DNA of 64,000 nucleotides from Takakia lepidozioides (Eukaryota; Plantae; Bryophyta). A program made the translations under genes and the position numbers. The stretch spans positions 5,084,001 through 5,148,000 of the forward strand of contig CM060732.1 in NCBI GenBank assembly GCA_030704615.1. Reading direction: 5' to 3'. Positions 24,747 through 37,320 of the stretch are shown in pieces (the first letter of the stretch is position 1; the number at the start of each line of letters is the position of its first letter). The notes below the pieces were generated by a model, which saw nothing but the letters and a program-made list of their open reading frames with translations, was not told the DNA's origin and did not search any database.

Positions 24747-27237
24747 CTAGTCTGGAAAATCAGTCCACAGATCTGCATCAAATTGTGCCAACACATCTGA
24801 TAATGACACTGCTCCTTCCTGGCCTCCAGTCGCTGACCTTGTCAACCCTTCCGTTCCACACTGAAAATCTTCAAATGATGCAGCCCATTCTTGGGGTGGT
24901 CCAACCAGTTCATCAAGGTTTCCACCATTTGACATTGGCATAACTTGGTTCTTTGGCAAAGGACTATCTAGGTCATTGTGGACGTGCTGGTCTACTCTGC
25001 CTGAACTAGAAATAGCGCTAGGGATGGAATGTGGAGTGGATGCAGCTTGGTGGCTGGAATGAACTGGTGCCCTATTGGTGATGGAGTTTTGTCGGTCCAC
25101 CTGAGCTGTGCCAGTATGGCTCTGACTGTTTGGAATCAAAGGTCCTAATGTTCGGGAACCAGCTTTTGCAGCACTACCCTCCACCCCAACACATGGCATG
25201 ATGTGATGGAACTCATCTGACATAGGAAGGTTAGGGGCAGGGCTGCAAGAAGGATAAAGGAGAGTTGGACAAGGCAACCCTGAAAATGAGGCAGTTGTCG
25301 GAGAGGTGATTCGAACCCTGCCACACATGGATCTTCCAGCAGCTATTATTGATGGATTGTAAAGACACAGAGGCGAAGCCATGGCAGCTTGTGGCAATAT
25401 CCTTGGTGGCCGGATTAGCTTCACGCCAAGATGGGATGCCTTTGGGCGAGGCCGTTTAGGCAACTTAATGACCAAGGATTTTAGCCGCTCACTACAGGGC
25501 GCAGCTGCTTGCAGACCCATGTGCAGCGGCCTGGGCCCCAGGGGGGTCTGCCGGTATGGTTGTTTGGTTGTCGGAGAAGCAAAGGCAGAATGTAACGGAG
25601 TTGGTAAACTTGATGGAGCTGTTGAGTTCACTACTTCCTGGCTGTGGCTCCCACACATGTCTAACCCACCTGGAGTGCTCAATTTAGTCAGTTTCTTGGA
25701 GACTGATGTACCTTACATGTCTACAAGTGGTTTGACTTGAACATACAGCTTGTGAACACTCAGTTCAAAGATAGGTCCTGTTGTATCTCTGAAAGCCACA
25801 TGATCAAGTTCAGGCATACAATATTCCAAAGGTCACAAATTGTACTCACCTGGCAGTATGGAAGCCCTTCCTACAGGAGCAGACTGCTTCGGGCTTCTCT
25901 GGCTTGTTGGCAATGTGCCAGATGAATTGATTGCGGCCATCATAGTGTGCTGACGGCCTAGTATGGCTGGCGCTGCAGGTCTTGCATCTACAGAGCCTCT
26001 GCGGCAAGGTGAAAGAATATGTGCTTTACTTGTTAAGTTAGAGATTGCTGAGGTAGGGGATCGCATGGAGGAGTGCAAAGGCAGTAATGACTTGTTTAGC
26101 TTCCTTAGGGTTTTCCATTTCACGTCCTTGTCAGATGCATGGCAATGATCACCTCCATGATACCCATCACCCCACTGACAACATGGAGCTTGCTCATCGC
26201 ACACATAGCAGTGGCACTGCATTCAACATTCACTTCATCAGTAGGTTACAAACCTCTGATTCCACAGCACTGAAAAGATATCTTCGGGGTAAGTACAGTT
26301 TGCCGCCCCTCTCAGTGACCTGATGGATGCAATCCTACATGGGGAGTACAAGGAAAAACGTCTTTGATTGAATTATTTCAATTCTGGCCTCAAACTCCTC
26401 ACAAACACTCCGGCAAGTAAGCTTTGTAATTGCAGTCCCATGGACAACCATAATAAGAATCAGATACAATCAATCACCTGTGAGCAGTACATCACATGCA
26501 GGGTACTCCTGAAGGGAAAGTGGACACATAGGTGTCTGGCGTGCGGGAAGTCCCTACATGCAACCTGCACAAGTAGAGTTTTCGAAGAGCGAAGTAAGCG
26601 ACAACAAAAACGACCGCGAAAGAAAAAAAAACCAACAACACTAAACATGAAGCACGTAGGAAAGACCAGGAGCGTATAAAGAGATTTATAGACCCACACC
26701 CACCGACTTCGTATACCAGGATATTGAGAAAGACTGACTTCATGAAGTTAAAGCACCTCTCGTGTCCAAAATTCTGTCGTCCAGGGGCATGACGGCATGA
26801 CGTACGTACATTCAACAAGTGCATACACAGCAGAGACCTAATTCTAGAGACCTAATTCTGAAGGCAGATGTGATTGTCTACTCCAAATACAACATGGAAA
26901 TATGGCCCCCCATGCTCACAGGTCCAGTTTCACCAGTCATAACCAAGTCGTCTGTGTCACAAGCAGTAGTAGCCGTGGTTGTGGTAGCCACAGTGGGGTC
27001 ACCCTCCAGGATACGGCACTCCTCATCCTCAATGTCGAAATCGACTGAAACTCTCTTGTCCCTGACCCGCTTTACAAGATCTGCAGGCTTATCAATGATG
27101 ATGACATCATCATCCACATCAACCAGCTCGGACACATTCTGGCATGGATGCAGGGCAGCGTCTTCATCGTCGTCATCACTACTTAACTCAACGACATATG
27201 GTTCGGATCCCATGCCTACAAAGGCTTGTCCCCCCAC
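24747..27237 (-). CDS. RPM1-interacting protein 13 (RIN13)-like Cys/His-rich protein, 4 exons
   Basis: Exons ~27237-26920, 26564-26478, 26216-25850 and 25711-24747 have GT-AG junctions in frame. Family motifs GETGPVACRDFPHARHLCVHFPF..H..YC.QCHCYVCD..APC..W.....HCHA are present. Confidence 0.8.
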
Positions 27238-27789
27238 CGCTGCACTTACTCTAGGGCTACACAGGCATCAAGCAAGCGCTGTGATGAACATCTGCGCAAT
27301 TCCGTCCTACTCTCAATTGAGAAATCTCCAAACGGAAATACAATAGCAGTTCACTGCACACCATTGCGCATACCGGATGCGCTATACAACGACCAAAAAC
27401 AATTTAACTGCCCCAAAAGACCATCTAGATCATCCGTCGATCTCGCAGGGGCATCTACAGTATTGCCGCATCTCCTCTTCCCATTCCCGAGTGGAACCAT
27501 CCTTGCAGCACATCTGCACGGCCAAGTGTTCTCCACAGCTACCCAGAAGAATTCACCAAGGATCCGGTATGGAGGTCCGTGACAGCATCTGCCCAGACCA
27601 TAACTCAAACGGTTCCACCCAATTTCTTCCTTTATCAATTTCAAGCGGTGGCAGGTCTGCATCCGCACAACGGAGCACGCGGTCCCGAGCGGAGACGCGA
27701 ACTTCAATCTCAGTTACTTTTAATCCTGCCTGCTTACCATCCTAATCCATTTCGCATTAAAAAATAATAATAATAATAATAAAATAAAA

Positions 27790-29030
27790 ACAGGGGACAG
27801 AGGCCCTGGCAAAATTTATTAAGGAAAGATCAAAGCAGTACAGAGGGGAGGAAAAAATAACCTCCAAGAAGGCCGTAAAAGCTTAACACGTGGGGAACAC
27901 CCAGCACTGGTAAAAATTAAGGGGGGATAAAGTGGGGAAGAGCCAACAGGAGGCAAGGTAGGAGAGCAAAGAGGGGCAGGTAGGCCAAGAAAGAAGACTA
28001 AGAAATAGGGACAGATCCTAAACAAGAGATGGCAGGAATATGCTGCCAAGCTGCAAAGGCAAGAAGAGGAAAAAAGTGGCTCTAAGCAACTGACTTAGAA
28101 CTACCCAAGCACGGCCCAGATCTCAGAGACCAAAATCGAGTTGCACTTTTGATTTGGAGCTGTGCATCTTGTTGTGCTTCCAATTGATGTCTGGAGGGTC
28201 GGACTCAGCTGACGACTTGCCAGTCCCAAGGGAGGTCCGTCATGCCAAGTGACTCGAGAGTCAGAGAGCCTAGAGCAGAGGAGGCCGCCCTTAGCCCAGG
28301 TTGAGGTCGAAATCCGCGAAAAGCTGTTGGCGCCTTCTTTCACTGCACCTGTTGGAAGCTGTTTGTAAGAAAACCCATGCCTTACGCCCCTCAGTCATCA
28401 GATCCGAAAATAACTTGTAAATGATTAATCTGATGCTGGGGCGCTTCCCCTCAAAAAGCAAACTACATCTAGCCTTCCAGATTGCCCAGAGAGCATGCGT
28501 CCTAAGGCAAGCCCAGACTGGATAGCTGGTCCAAGTAGAGCCATTATACAAATTGAGCAGCAGAAGGGGAGCAGACAAGGGTGGTAGAGACTTCCAATTG
28601 GAATGGAAGTTTGCCACAAGATGCCATGCTCTAGAGGAAAGCTGGCAATCAAACAAACAATGCTCACTGGTCTCACTTATGCCACAGTTGCAAATTATGC
28701 AGGAGGGATCATAGTCCGGGAAAGTGACAGCCATAGGTAGAATCTGGTTGGCCAGCTTCCAGAGAAATGCACTAATTTTTGCTGAACGATGCTTGGCCCA
28801 AATGTCCTTCCATACTCCATTCCAGCCTTGGAGCTGCATATCAGTATGTCGAGCGACCTCTAGGGTAGCCTCTAGCCTCTACCATTGGCCCAAGGGTCCA
28901 ATGTCATCTAAGTCCAAATGCATTTTTTTTTCCACAGAGCCTACGACAACCAGATTTGAACCGGAGACCTTTCCCGTGATATCTCCAAGTGCAATCCCCT
29001 ATATATCCAAGTGTGTCTCCTATGTCGAGG
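27790..29030 (-). mobile_element. LINE 3' portion (zf-RVT domain and 3' UTR)
   Basis: ORF 28291-28839 reads WKDIW...KISAFLWKL...CIIC...ETSEHCLFDC. The 3' UTR ends in AATAAATTTTGCCAGGGCCTCTGTCCCC. Confidence 0.85.
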
Positions 29031-29237
29031 CCCTCCCCCCCACTTCTAACTCCCTGCTTGCTCCTGTTGTGCGCTTTTCGGAGCAGAGATGTTGTCTGTT
29101 GTCTGGATTTTTCCTCTCTCCGCTTCTAGAGGTGCCCCTCGCAAGAAAAAGATTTGGCTCCGGTGTTAGCTCTAGGGGAAGAGGCAATTGGGTACGTCGC
29201 TCATCTGCCTCCACCCCGTCCTCTTTAGGACATCATC

Positions 29238-29396
29238 TTGAAAAGAATTATGCCATCTCAAATCTTTGAGGGTCTCATAACGTTAATTTTTAAGAAATGT
29301 GACAGAAGCATGATATCCAATTATCTCCCTATCACGCTTCTTAACACCACTTATAAAATTATTGCCAAAGCTTTGGCTATGAGATTGCAGCCTATT
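29238..29396 (+). mobile_element. LINE RT N-terminal fragment in opposite orientation
   Basis: GLITLIFKK.DRSMISNYLPITLLNTTYKIIAKALAMRL; cut at 29397. Confidence 0.8.
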
Positions 29397-29806
29397 TGTC
29401 GCGCACCTCACTTCGGCAATCTCCCCTTCAAGTCATAGTTACTCGCTTTGATGCGCGTGCCTAACTCCCAAACTGGCCGCCGGGCCAACTTGGAGCTTCG
29501 GCTGCTCACCGGGACATAACGGTCCCCCTTGGCTCCTCCACAAGACCCTCTCTCAATTTGGGCCTAGTGGAAATTCCCTTTGGTTGTTGGCAGTCCGGAA
29601 CAGCTCCCCACACCTTGGTCGCTTTCCGGCTCGCACGCTTACTCACTAGTTTTTGGTCACCAACAGGCTTGCACCGTTCTCGGGGTTATTACTCCCTATA
29701 TATATTTCTGTGACTGTCCGCGGGGGTTTCACAAACAACACCGTCCTTTTATGGTGAACCACCGCGAAGACCCTCCATTCCCGGTGGTGAGTCGCGGTGA
29801 GTCTTG

Positions 29807-31992
29807 CACTAGAAGAGAAACCTGCTTTTTCCACGGTTTTTTCCACACTTTTTGCTGTGGAATCAGCCGCAGTCCACACCTGCTGTGGGTGTAAGAAACG
29901 ACTAGTGCTTTCGGACACCCCGTGGACGGCCTGGCTCTCGGGTGGCCCTGTGGAAAAGTCCACATGTGGCTTTTTCCATGGGTGGCTTTTTTCACGGGGT
30001 GCATGGTGACATGGCCGCTGACATGGCCGATGGCATAGCTGACATGGCAGAGTGTGAAAAAGACCAGTGTGGCATGTTTCACGGTGGATTTCACACCTTG
30101 AACAAACCACTATGCGACACGTGTCATATTTCACACCTTCGACAAGTCACTATGCAACACGTGTTCGTTCCTGTGTGGTGGTACGCATTAATTAATTATT
30201 AATTGATTTCCAATATTAAGTTTGAATATTAATGGATTTAATTTATTGCTATTATTATGATGATGATTCTTATTATTATAGGAAAAATGGACAGTGGCCT
30301 TGATGAGAACATTATTAAATAACAAAATATTGAAATTATATTTTTAGAAATTATATTCGCTCAGATACCAAAACACACCCTTTGCAGGGAAGGAGAGTTT
30401 GCCTTAGTGTCTATGCTGAGTTGCGTCTCCTACTCTCTGTAATCTATTAGACATTCACCTTTTTCCCTCGGTTGTCCCACCCTTGACTGGGGTCAGAAAA
30501 GCATTCATTCCACAGCTTCTCCTCATCTCTGTTACATGTTTATGGATACTTTCATATTGTCACTTTGGCAGTATCATGTCAAAATCACTCCAAACTATGT
30601 ACCATCCACCCATGCAGGTTTCTTGTAGCTATCATTCCACAAGGAATCATAAGTAATCTGGAGCTTGAAATCTGGCCCTCTTGGATGACACTCTATCCCT
30701 GCTCCTTCAGCTATCCATGTCTCTGCAAAGATCATGCATACATCCTTGCATTGCTGTTAGCAGCTGACAATGGCAGCCTAGATTTGTTCCAGCAAACACC
30801 CAACTCAACTTATCACACCAGTTCTTATTCTCAATTGCACCTACTACTCTGTAATCCAAAGGCATTTACCTTCCAAGACGGTTGTCCCACCATTGACTGG
30901 GGTCAAAAAAGTATTCATTCCACAGCTTCTCCTCTTTGTTACATATTTCTGGATACTTTCCTATTGTCACTTTGGCAGTATCATGTCAAAGTCACTCCAA
31001 ACTATCAAAAGGTTCACTCAACCAGCTAACTTGCAGAATTCTTAAAACATGAAAATTTAGGGCGATTCTGATAAGAGGGGAAAACAGAGTGAAATGTGTT
31101 GAAGAAGGTGCCTTGATTAGCATTGCCTGATTTTATCAATTGTGCCGCTGCTACTGCAGCTTCCAGTTGACCATCTACCCATGCAGGTTTCTTGGAGCTA
31201 TTTTTCCACAGGGAATCACCCCTTCCCGCATCATTGCTCATAGGTCTCCAAGGCCTCCATCCGCGCCCTTGCTGTGCATCTCCTGCAATCATCGCACTCC
31301 ACGATACCACATCTCGTTCAGTCATACTGTCGAACACTTCATTTGCATCCTCGATGCACCCACATTTGGCATACATGCAGTCCACCAGGGCAGTGTTCAG
31401 AATGACATTGGGTACAATTCCAGATTTGACGATGTCACCATGGACCTCTTTGCCCTTTTCGAGAGCTCCCACGCTTGCACATGCATTACAAACAAATGTG
31501 ATGTGGTTGGGCTTCACCCCTTCGCTCAGCTGTTGCTCATAGGTCTCCAAAGCATTCCTACCACACCCAGGTTAAATCATGCCAACATTATATTCAACGT
31601 GATCAAAGTTCGTTGAGGCATTCCATTGAACACTCGGTGTGCATTCATGATGCTCCTGCACTTAATATACATGTTCACAAGGGTGTTGAGGAGAAAAACA
31701 CTTGGCGTGAATCCACTTCCTCAAACTCCCCATACACCACAATGTGGAAATTCTATGGTCCCATTTCACACATGTGTGTAACATGCCATGTAAACTAAGC
31801 CAATTCCCGCCACGCTCATGGCTGTTTTCACACCGTTCTTGCCTCGGGTGTGAATCATATGTGAGACACCCCACAGTTAGGGCATATTTTGACCCACACC
31901 TTGGCTCACTCTACAGACCCGTGATAAAAGCCGTGGAATGTGCCAGGTGTGAGATGGCAGAGCCATGGAAAAAGCCGGTTTCTCTTCTAGTG
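29807..31992. mobile_element. Pack-CACTA element carrying PPR and PDF-motif gene fragments
   Basis: 30-bp TIR CACTAGAAGAGAAACCTGCTTTTTCCACGG (28/30 match at 31963-31992) with 3-bp TSD TTG (29804-29806 / 31993-31995). No transposase inside. Confidence 0.93.
30430..31730 (-). pseudogene. Captured fragments of a PLS-type PPR gene and OSB-type PDF motifs
   Basis: PPR repeats GVKPNHITFVC..NTALVDCMYAKCGCIEDANEVFDSMTERDVVSWSAMIAG. PDF motif pieces DPSQWWDNR and HPRGPDFKLQITYDSLW. Confidence 0.85.
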
Positions 31993-32068
31993 TTGGCCTA
32001 TCCACCACGGCCCCATTGGACCGTGATGAGTCCCAAGACTCCCCACGACTCCCACCACAAAGAAGACA

Positions 32069-33880
32069 ATCGCCAGGAGGAGTGGACTGATTCTGCCATA
32101 TTCGTGTTCGGCATGTCCGTGTCGGAATCCAAGCACCACTCCTACAAGGACAGAAACAATGGTGAGGGAAAAATGGAAAGGTCCGTAATACAACGACAAT
32201 TGCAAGAAAAATTCTGGCATCATACCTCCTGCATGTACTGTCCGAACTGTCGATACTGGAAATGCCACCACCCCAACCAGCTGTGCAAGGCTCCCAGATT
32301 GGTTGTCTCTACTGCACCTGACGTGTTCCACCAAGCCTCGATGATAGCAAACTTAACCTCCGCGTCATCAAATGTGGGTGCATCCTTCCACGTCGTATAA
32401 AAGACACGGTGTTCAACTTGGAATAAGCTAACAACAAATTTGGTATTGTAGTGAGATAGACTCTGCATCCAATGGAATCCACAGGATCTCTCTTTCCCCT
32501 CCATTGGAACATTGGGGTCCTCACCGTACACACGCCGCACCGCTGCCCAGTTGGCCTGAGCGTTGTCTGCCATGAATCCCCTGAAATTGGGCTCTGACAA
32601 ACCCGCCCTTGCCATCTGCTTGTTTATGCCCTCCCACAGATGCATCTCCGACTGTGTGTCCTCCCCTTTCATCTCGCAGATTGCAATCGTCATGAGCCTC
32701 TTGGAGTGATAGTCATAAACATGCGCAACCATAGTCACCCACTGATGGTTTGTAATTCGCTTGATGTGGTCAAACATCACCCAAGCATTCGACAAGTTTC
32801 CAGTTGTCATGCGAGTGACCAAGTCGACTCCACTCGCAGGCCCACACATTGACATTTTAAAAATGTATCAACGATCGGATTCGCTACCTTGCCCTGGAAA
32901 CCTGCTACCTTGGATGTAGTCATATCCAATCCTTCGTTTCACCTCCAGGATTGAGTGCATGTCCGACCCCCGGCCAAACTCCTGCTTGCAAGATACGATG
33001 TGATTCCGCACATTCGGACTACAAACGTACGAGACGGACTCCAACAGATCAAGCATCTCCTCTTCGTTCAAGGGCACTCGGTCTGAACCATCTTCAGACA
33101 TGAATTTGCCAAGAGCAAACTTGTGGGCTGCCTTGAGCTGAATCTGCTTTGGTCTGGCTCCGGGGCTCAATTTCACCTCCTCTTTTATGATGTCGTGTGC
33201 TTCCTGCACAGCCTCCCAGATGTTGCCTCTCGCCAAGGGGTGGCAGTGGACCCCAATGTGTATGCAAGCTCTAGTCAAGTCCGGGAGCAAATGGATTACA
33301 TAATATTTCTTGGCTCTACACATGGACATGCACGTCGGTGGTTCTGGAATCAAGCGGCAGTCTTTGCGCGCAATGGAGTATTTGGAGGGCTATTACCGCT
33401 TTGAGCGAGGTGAGGGCGAGGGTCAATGCGGTCCGTGGGTCCTGAAAATTGTTGACCTCGATATACCAAGCTGGAATGGGATATCGGACAGATCACGCAC
33501 GGCCTCACTTTGGCGCTGGAACTGCTGCTAGTGGACCGGGGAGGAGGCACCGGGGAAAACTATATTCATGGAGTTCACTCCGCTCTTCCAGTGTATGGAG
33601 ACATTCGGCTGAGTTGCGAAGACGAATCGCACGGGCACATGAGGCCCACAGTGACCTTGTCAATGTATGATGGTGGTATCATTGATGGGCATGACATTGT
33701 TGTCAGCTCCACCAAGGGCACCAGAACGACCGCATTGCAGTTTACCTGGAGGTGTCGCGTCAGTAATGAGCTTGTTTTGAGGGCTATCGAAGTTCCGTCG
33801 ACTTGGTGACGCCCATGTAGAAGGCAGAAGGGCTTAGATTTGTCTGGAGTTGCTAAATGTGAGACACCGTGTTCGATCAA
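32069..33880 (-). pseudogene. Second GCM-like/MULE-type transposase, paralogue of 4759-7900, 3'-truncated
   Basis: CRAKKYYV..LTRACIHIGVHCHP, FPGQG, WVMFDHIKR, FMADNAQANWAAVRRVY, CGFHWMQSL and MPNTNMAESVHSSW. Frameshift at ~32860; cut by the LTR at 32068. Confidence 0.8.
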
Positions 33881-34084
33881 TAAAACAACCCATCGTCCCT
33901 CAATTATGTGTGTTATGTTTCATTGTGTTCAAGAACTGTTGTAATTGGCCCACTGTTCACAATTTGTGGTCTCATTTATACAATGTGTCTGTCCACATGA
34001 ATATACCAGAGTTAGCGATATCAGAGTCATGAGGTGACGGAAATCCATGTATGAGTAAAAGGAAACATCTACATGTCCAAGCTC

Positions 34085-34868
34085 GGAAATGCGGCACCGC
34101 ATTTCATTTTTCTCCATGCAGCGATTTCTGGCAGCTCCCTTTCCTCCGTTGTGGTCATAACGGAAATGCGGTACCGCATTTCATTTCTTGACATGACATT
34201 TCCATACTTTGAATTCCTAATGCGGCACCGCATTTCAATATTGGACCTTGAATTGTCCAAGCATGTCCAATCGCCAATGCATGTCCATGTCCGTTCTGGA
34301 AATGCGGCACCGCATTTCCATGTCCGTCATCAAAATTTCGTATTGGGCAATGGAATGCGGCACCGCATTTCCGTCCAGCACGATGGAATGTACTGCCGCA
34401 TTTCCGTCGAAGGGTCTGGAATTGGACAAACAAGGATGTCCGTTCTGGAAATGCGGCACCGCATTTCCATGTCCGTCATCGAAATTTCTTATTGGACAAT
34501 GGAATGCGGTGCCGCATTTCCATCGAAGGGTCTGGAATTGGAAAAACATCCATCTCCAAAATGGAAATGCGGCACCGCATTTCCATGTCCGCCATGGGAA
34601 TAACGTGTTCGACCTCCGAATGCAGTGTCGCATTTCCATTTACCTCCATGGAAGGAGCTGGCAATCGGCAAAACTTCCGTGTCGAAAACGGAAATGCGGC
34701 ACCGCATTTCTGTTCGGCCGAACGGTTTCTTATGTCCAAACCAGGAAACGAAAAAATTGTTCTTGCCCCGGTTTTGGAAATGCGGTGCCGCATTTCCAAA
34801 CGAGGTTTTTGCAGTTGCCACATTTCCGTATTTCCGTTCCGACATGGAAATGCGGTGCCGCATTTCCG
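34085..34868. repeat. Array of ~13 palindromes GGAAATGCGG-CA/TG-CCGCATTTCC with irregular spacers
   Basis: Copies near 34085, 34162, 34219, 34298, 34351, 34384, 34447, 34501, 34563, 34618, 34690, 34775 and 34845 (two are degenerate). Confidence 0.92.
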
Positions 34869-34970
34869 GTTTTGGGAAGGACGTGGTTTGGAAGATGGTT
34901 TCGTTTAGAAGAACATGGGAGAGGGGACATCAACAACGGGGAGAATTTCCTTTATAGAGGGCTGTTATTT

Positions 34971-35040
34971 CATGAGCCATGAGCCATGAGCGGCATGAGC
35001 CATGAGCAGAGTCGTAAGTGTCGAAAAAAACATGAGCATG
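34971..35040. repeat. CATGAGC short tandem repeats
   Basis: CATGAGCCATGAGCCATGAGCGGCATGAGCCATGAGC...CATGAGC. Confidence 0.8.
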
Positions 35041-37277
35041 ACTATTTTCCGGAAATGAGTGTTTGCGGGAATAGGGTTGAGGGTGTCACGGTCATAGGGG
35101 GAGAAGGACCTCCCGATGAAGGAGGTTCGGCAATGTTTTTTAGAATTACATATTGAAAGGCAATGTTTCGCGAATGGTAGGGTGGTATTGCTCTGTACAA
35201 TGGGGGCCCAATTCAGCCTACCAGCCACTTGCAAAATCCACCCACACTCCCAATCCCAAACGAAATGAGGAATGATGCATTCTGGGAACAATGGATACAG
35301 AATAGAACAAAAAGAGGACACAATGGGGTTTTATTGATCCACATGAATTGTATTTGAAGCACGTCTCTTCCTCCCTAAACCCGGTAGGTGCTTTGTGAAG
35401 GGAACAAGAGAATTGTCCCGGCTATTAGCGTCTCGGGGGTTTAGGCTAGTAGGAGCTAGTAAATAAAGAAGACTTGGATTAAGACAATTGCAAAACTAAA
35501 AACACATAAATATACCATAGGATTTAGGAATGCAACCTCGCCCTGTGAATGAGAACTTAAACTCTTCTTTGCCGGTAGAATTAAATCTAGACTAAAGACC
35601 GCCACTAGCTTACTGCGAACCCCCTGCACTAACCATAGTCGGGTGAGCAGTTCTTGAGTCCAACCCATTCCGATACACACCTCGACCCCTCCTAGCTAGT
35701 ATGTCGTCACCCTGGCCGCGCGCGTCCAAGGCTTGTCATATAAATGATGCGTCTGCCGGGAGGTGAGTAAATCGTTAGGAATATCTCCGCCATTTTCATG
35801 AATGAAGTAATGGTAATTGTACTCATCCTCGTGGCTGCTTATACCTTGCTTTATATTGCATATATGTGTTTGATTAATTGTGTTGTTATTGAAGAGCCAC
35901 ATACCAGTGAGGATTGAAGTCCCCGTATTGTGGGCTATTGTTGAAAGTCATTTTGGAGTGCTAACGTCATGGCATTTATGGAGATGTAGTATGACTACTT
36001 AGATGGACGTTCACCGCTTGTATTTGTCATTTGAGGCACGTGTTACCGGCCTCTATCGCGTCATTTCGGGGAGTCGATCCGGTGAAGTCCCAACGGAGGA
36101 CTCGATTGTCATTTGCAGGTTGATGCGAAGGCACATCCTTGACATCGCCGAGGAGTACAGAGGGTATTGGATCTCGGCCAGAGTTGGTCCATTGGGAAAG
36201 AAAGCCCTTACGGCACCCATCTCTTCATTCTTCAGGTTCAACATGCGTTGGCCTGGTTGTTATCAACCCCCATTTTTGGGGTATCTTAACGTGCAATCCG
36301 CATTGGAAGCACATCTTGCTTGGCACACTACGCCAAATCATGGTTTTTCTGACTTTTTGTTTTTGGAGAGTCATGGTTTTCATGACTCGATGTCGTCATG
36401 GTTCAAAAATGTCATGGGTGTGACTGAAAATGACCAAAAATGGTCATCTATATGCCTCTATCCCGGTCAACGTCGTTTGACTCGAATAGAGTCAGGATCA
36501 TGGGTCACGCACATGACTCTAAACAATAATGCAATCTGACTCTATATTTTTAGATTGGTGTAGTCAACTCCCTTTGACCAAGATAAGGTCATTTGCATGA
36601 CTCTTATGAAAATCCATTGATGGATGATTTCATTACATGAATGAAATTTTGATTATTTTCATTCATCAATTGGATTTGGATGATTTCATCCACCTATTTC
36701 TTTTACACAGGGACTTCGATACTTTTCAAGAATGCCTCGTTGGCACTCTTCTTCCCACTCCAAGAGCCTACTACCTTCATGGAAGAGCATCAGTATTCTA
36801 TGGCGTAGTGCGTTTCAAGTTGCTATGAGTGTCGGTATCTGTTGTTCTCTGACATTATTCGCATTTGGAAGTTTGATCCCTGAGATCTCTGGAGCCTTTT
36901 TGTCTCCGCTCCTACTATTGTTAATCCTAGCTCTTCTATGTGGGATAAGCCGTTTTTTGTCTTCGCGATCGAGAGAGCATCTGAAGGAGCATGAACAAGA
37001 GCCTCTCTCTCTCTCTCTCTCTCATAATATACATACACACATTTAATGGAACGTGATAGATTAGCTCATGGGAAGTCTAGTCAAGTGATGTTTTGGGCAT
37101 GTTGTGCCTCTTCAAGGGTAAAATGTAGGTCCAATTTGACTGAGGAATATCGTGCTATGATCTGGCATTTTCTTTATGGCTTCCCTCCCAGTGCAGACTA
37201 GCAGTCTCCGTTGAAGCCTCGGTCGTGTGTCAATCCTCAGTCTTCACCAGTAACAATTGTTTTGTTTTCATGGCATA

Positions 37278-37279
<2 letters not shown>

Positions 37280-37317
<38 letters not shown>
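37280..37317. repeat. Poly(T) tract
   Basis: 38 consecutive T. Confidence 0.9.
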
Positions 37318-37320
37318 CCC

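Larger units (their letters stand above)
29397..32068. mobile_element. Probable solo LTR (~480 bp once the CACTA is removed), interrupted by a CACTA element
   Basis: Starts TGTC (29397) and ends GACA (32068). It interrupts the LINE RT on the left and the MULE-like ORF on the right. Flanks CTATT / ATCGC differ. Confidence 0.5.

Noticed and set aside
33929-34982. ORFs with MRHRIS / KCGAAF / GNAAPHF repeats
   Set aside because: Artefacts of the palindrome array read in all six frames.
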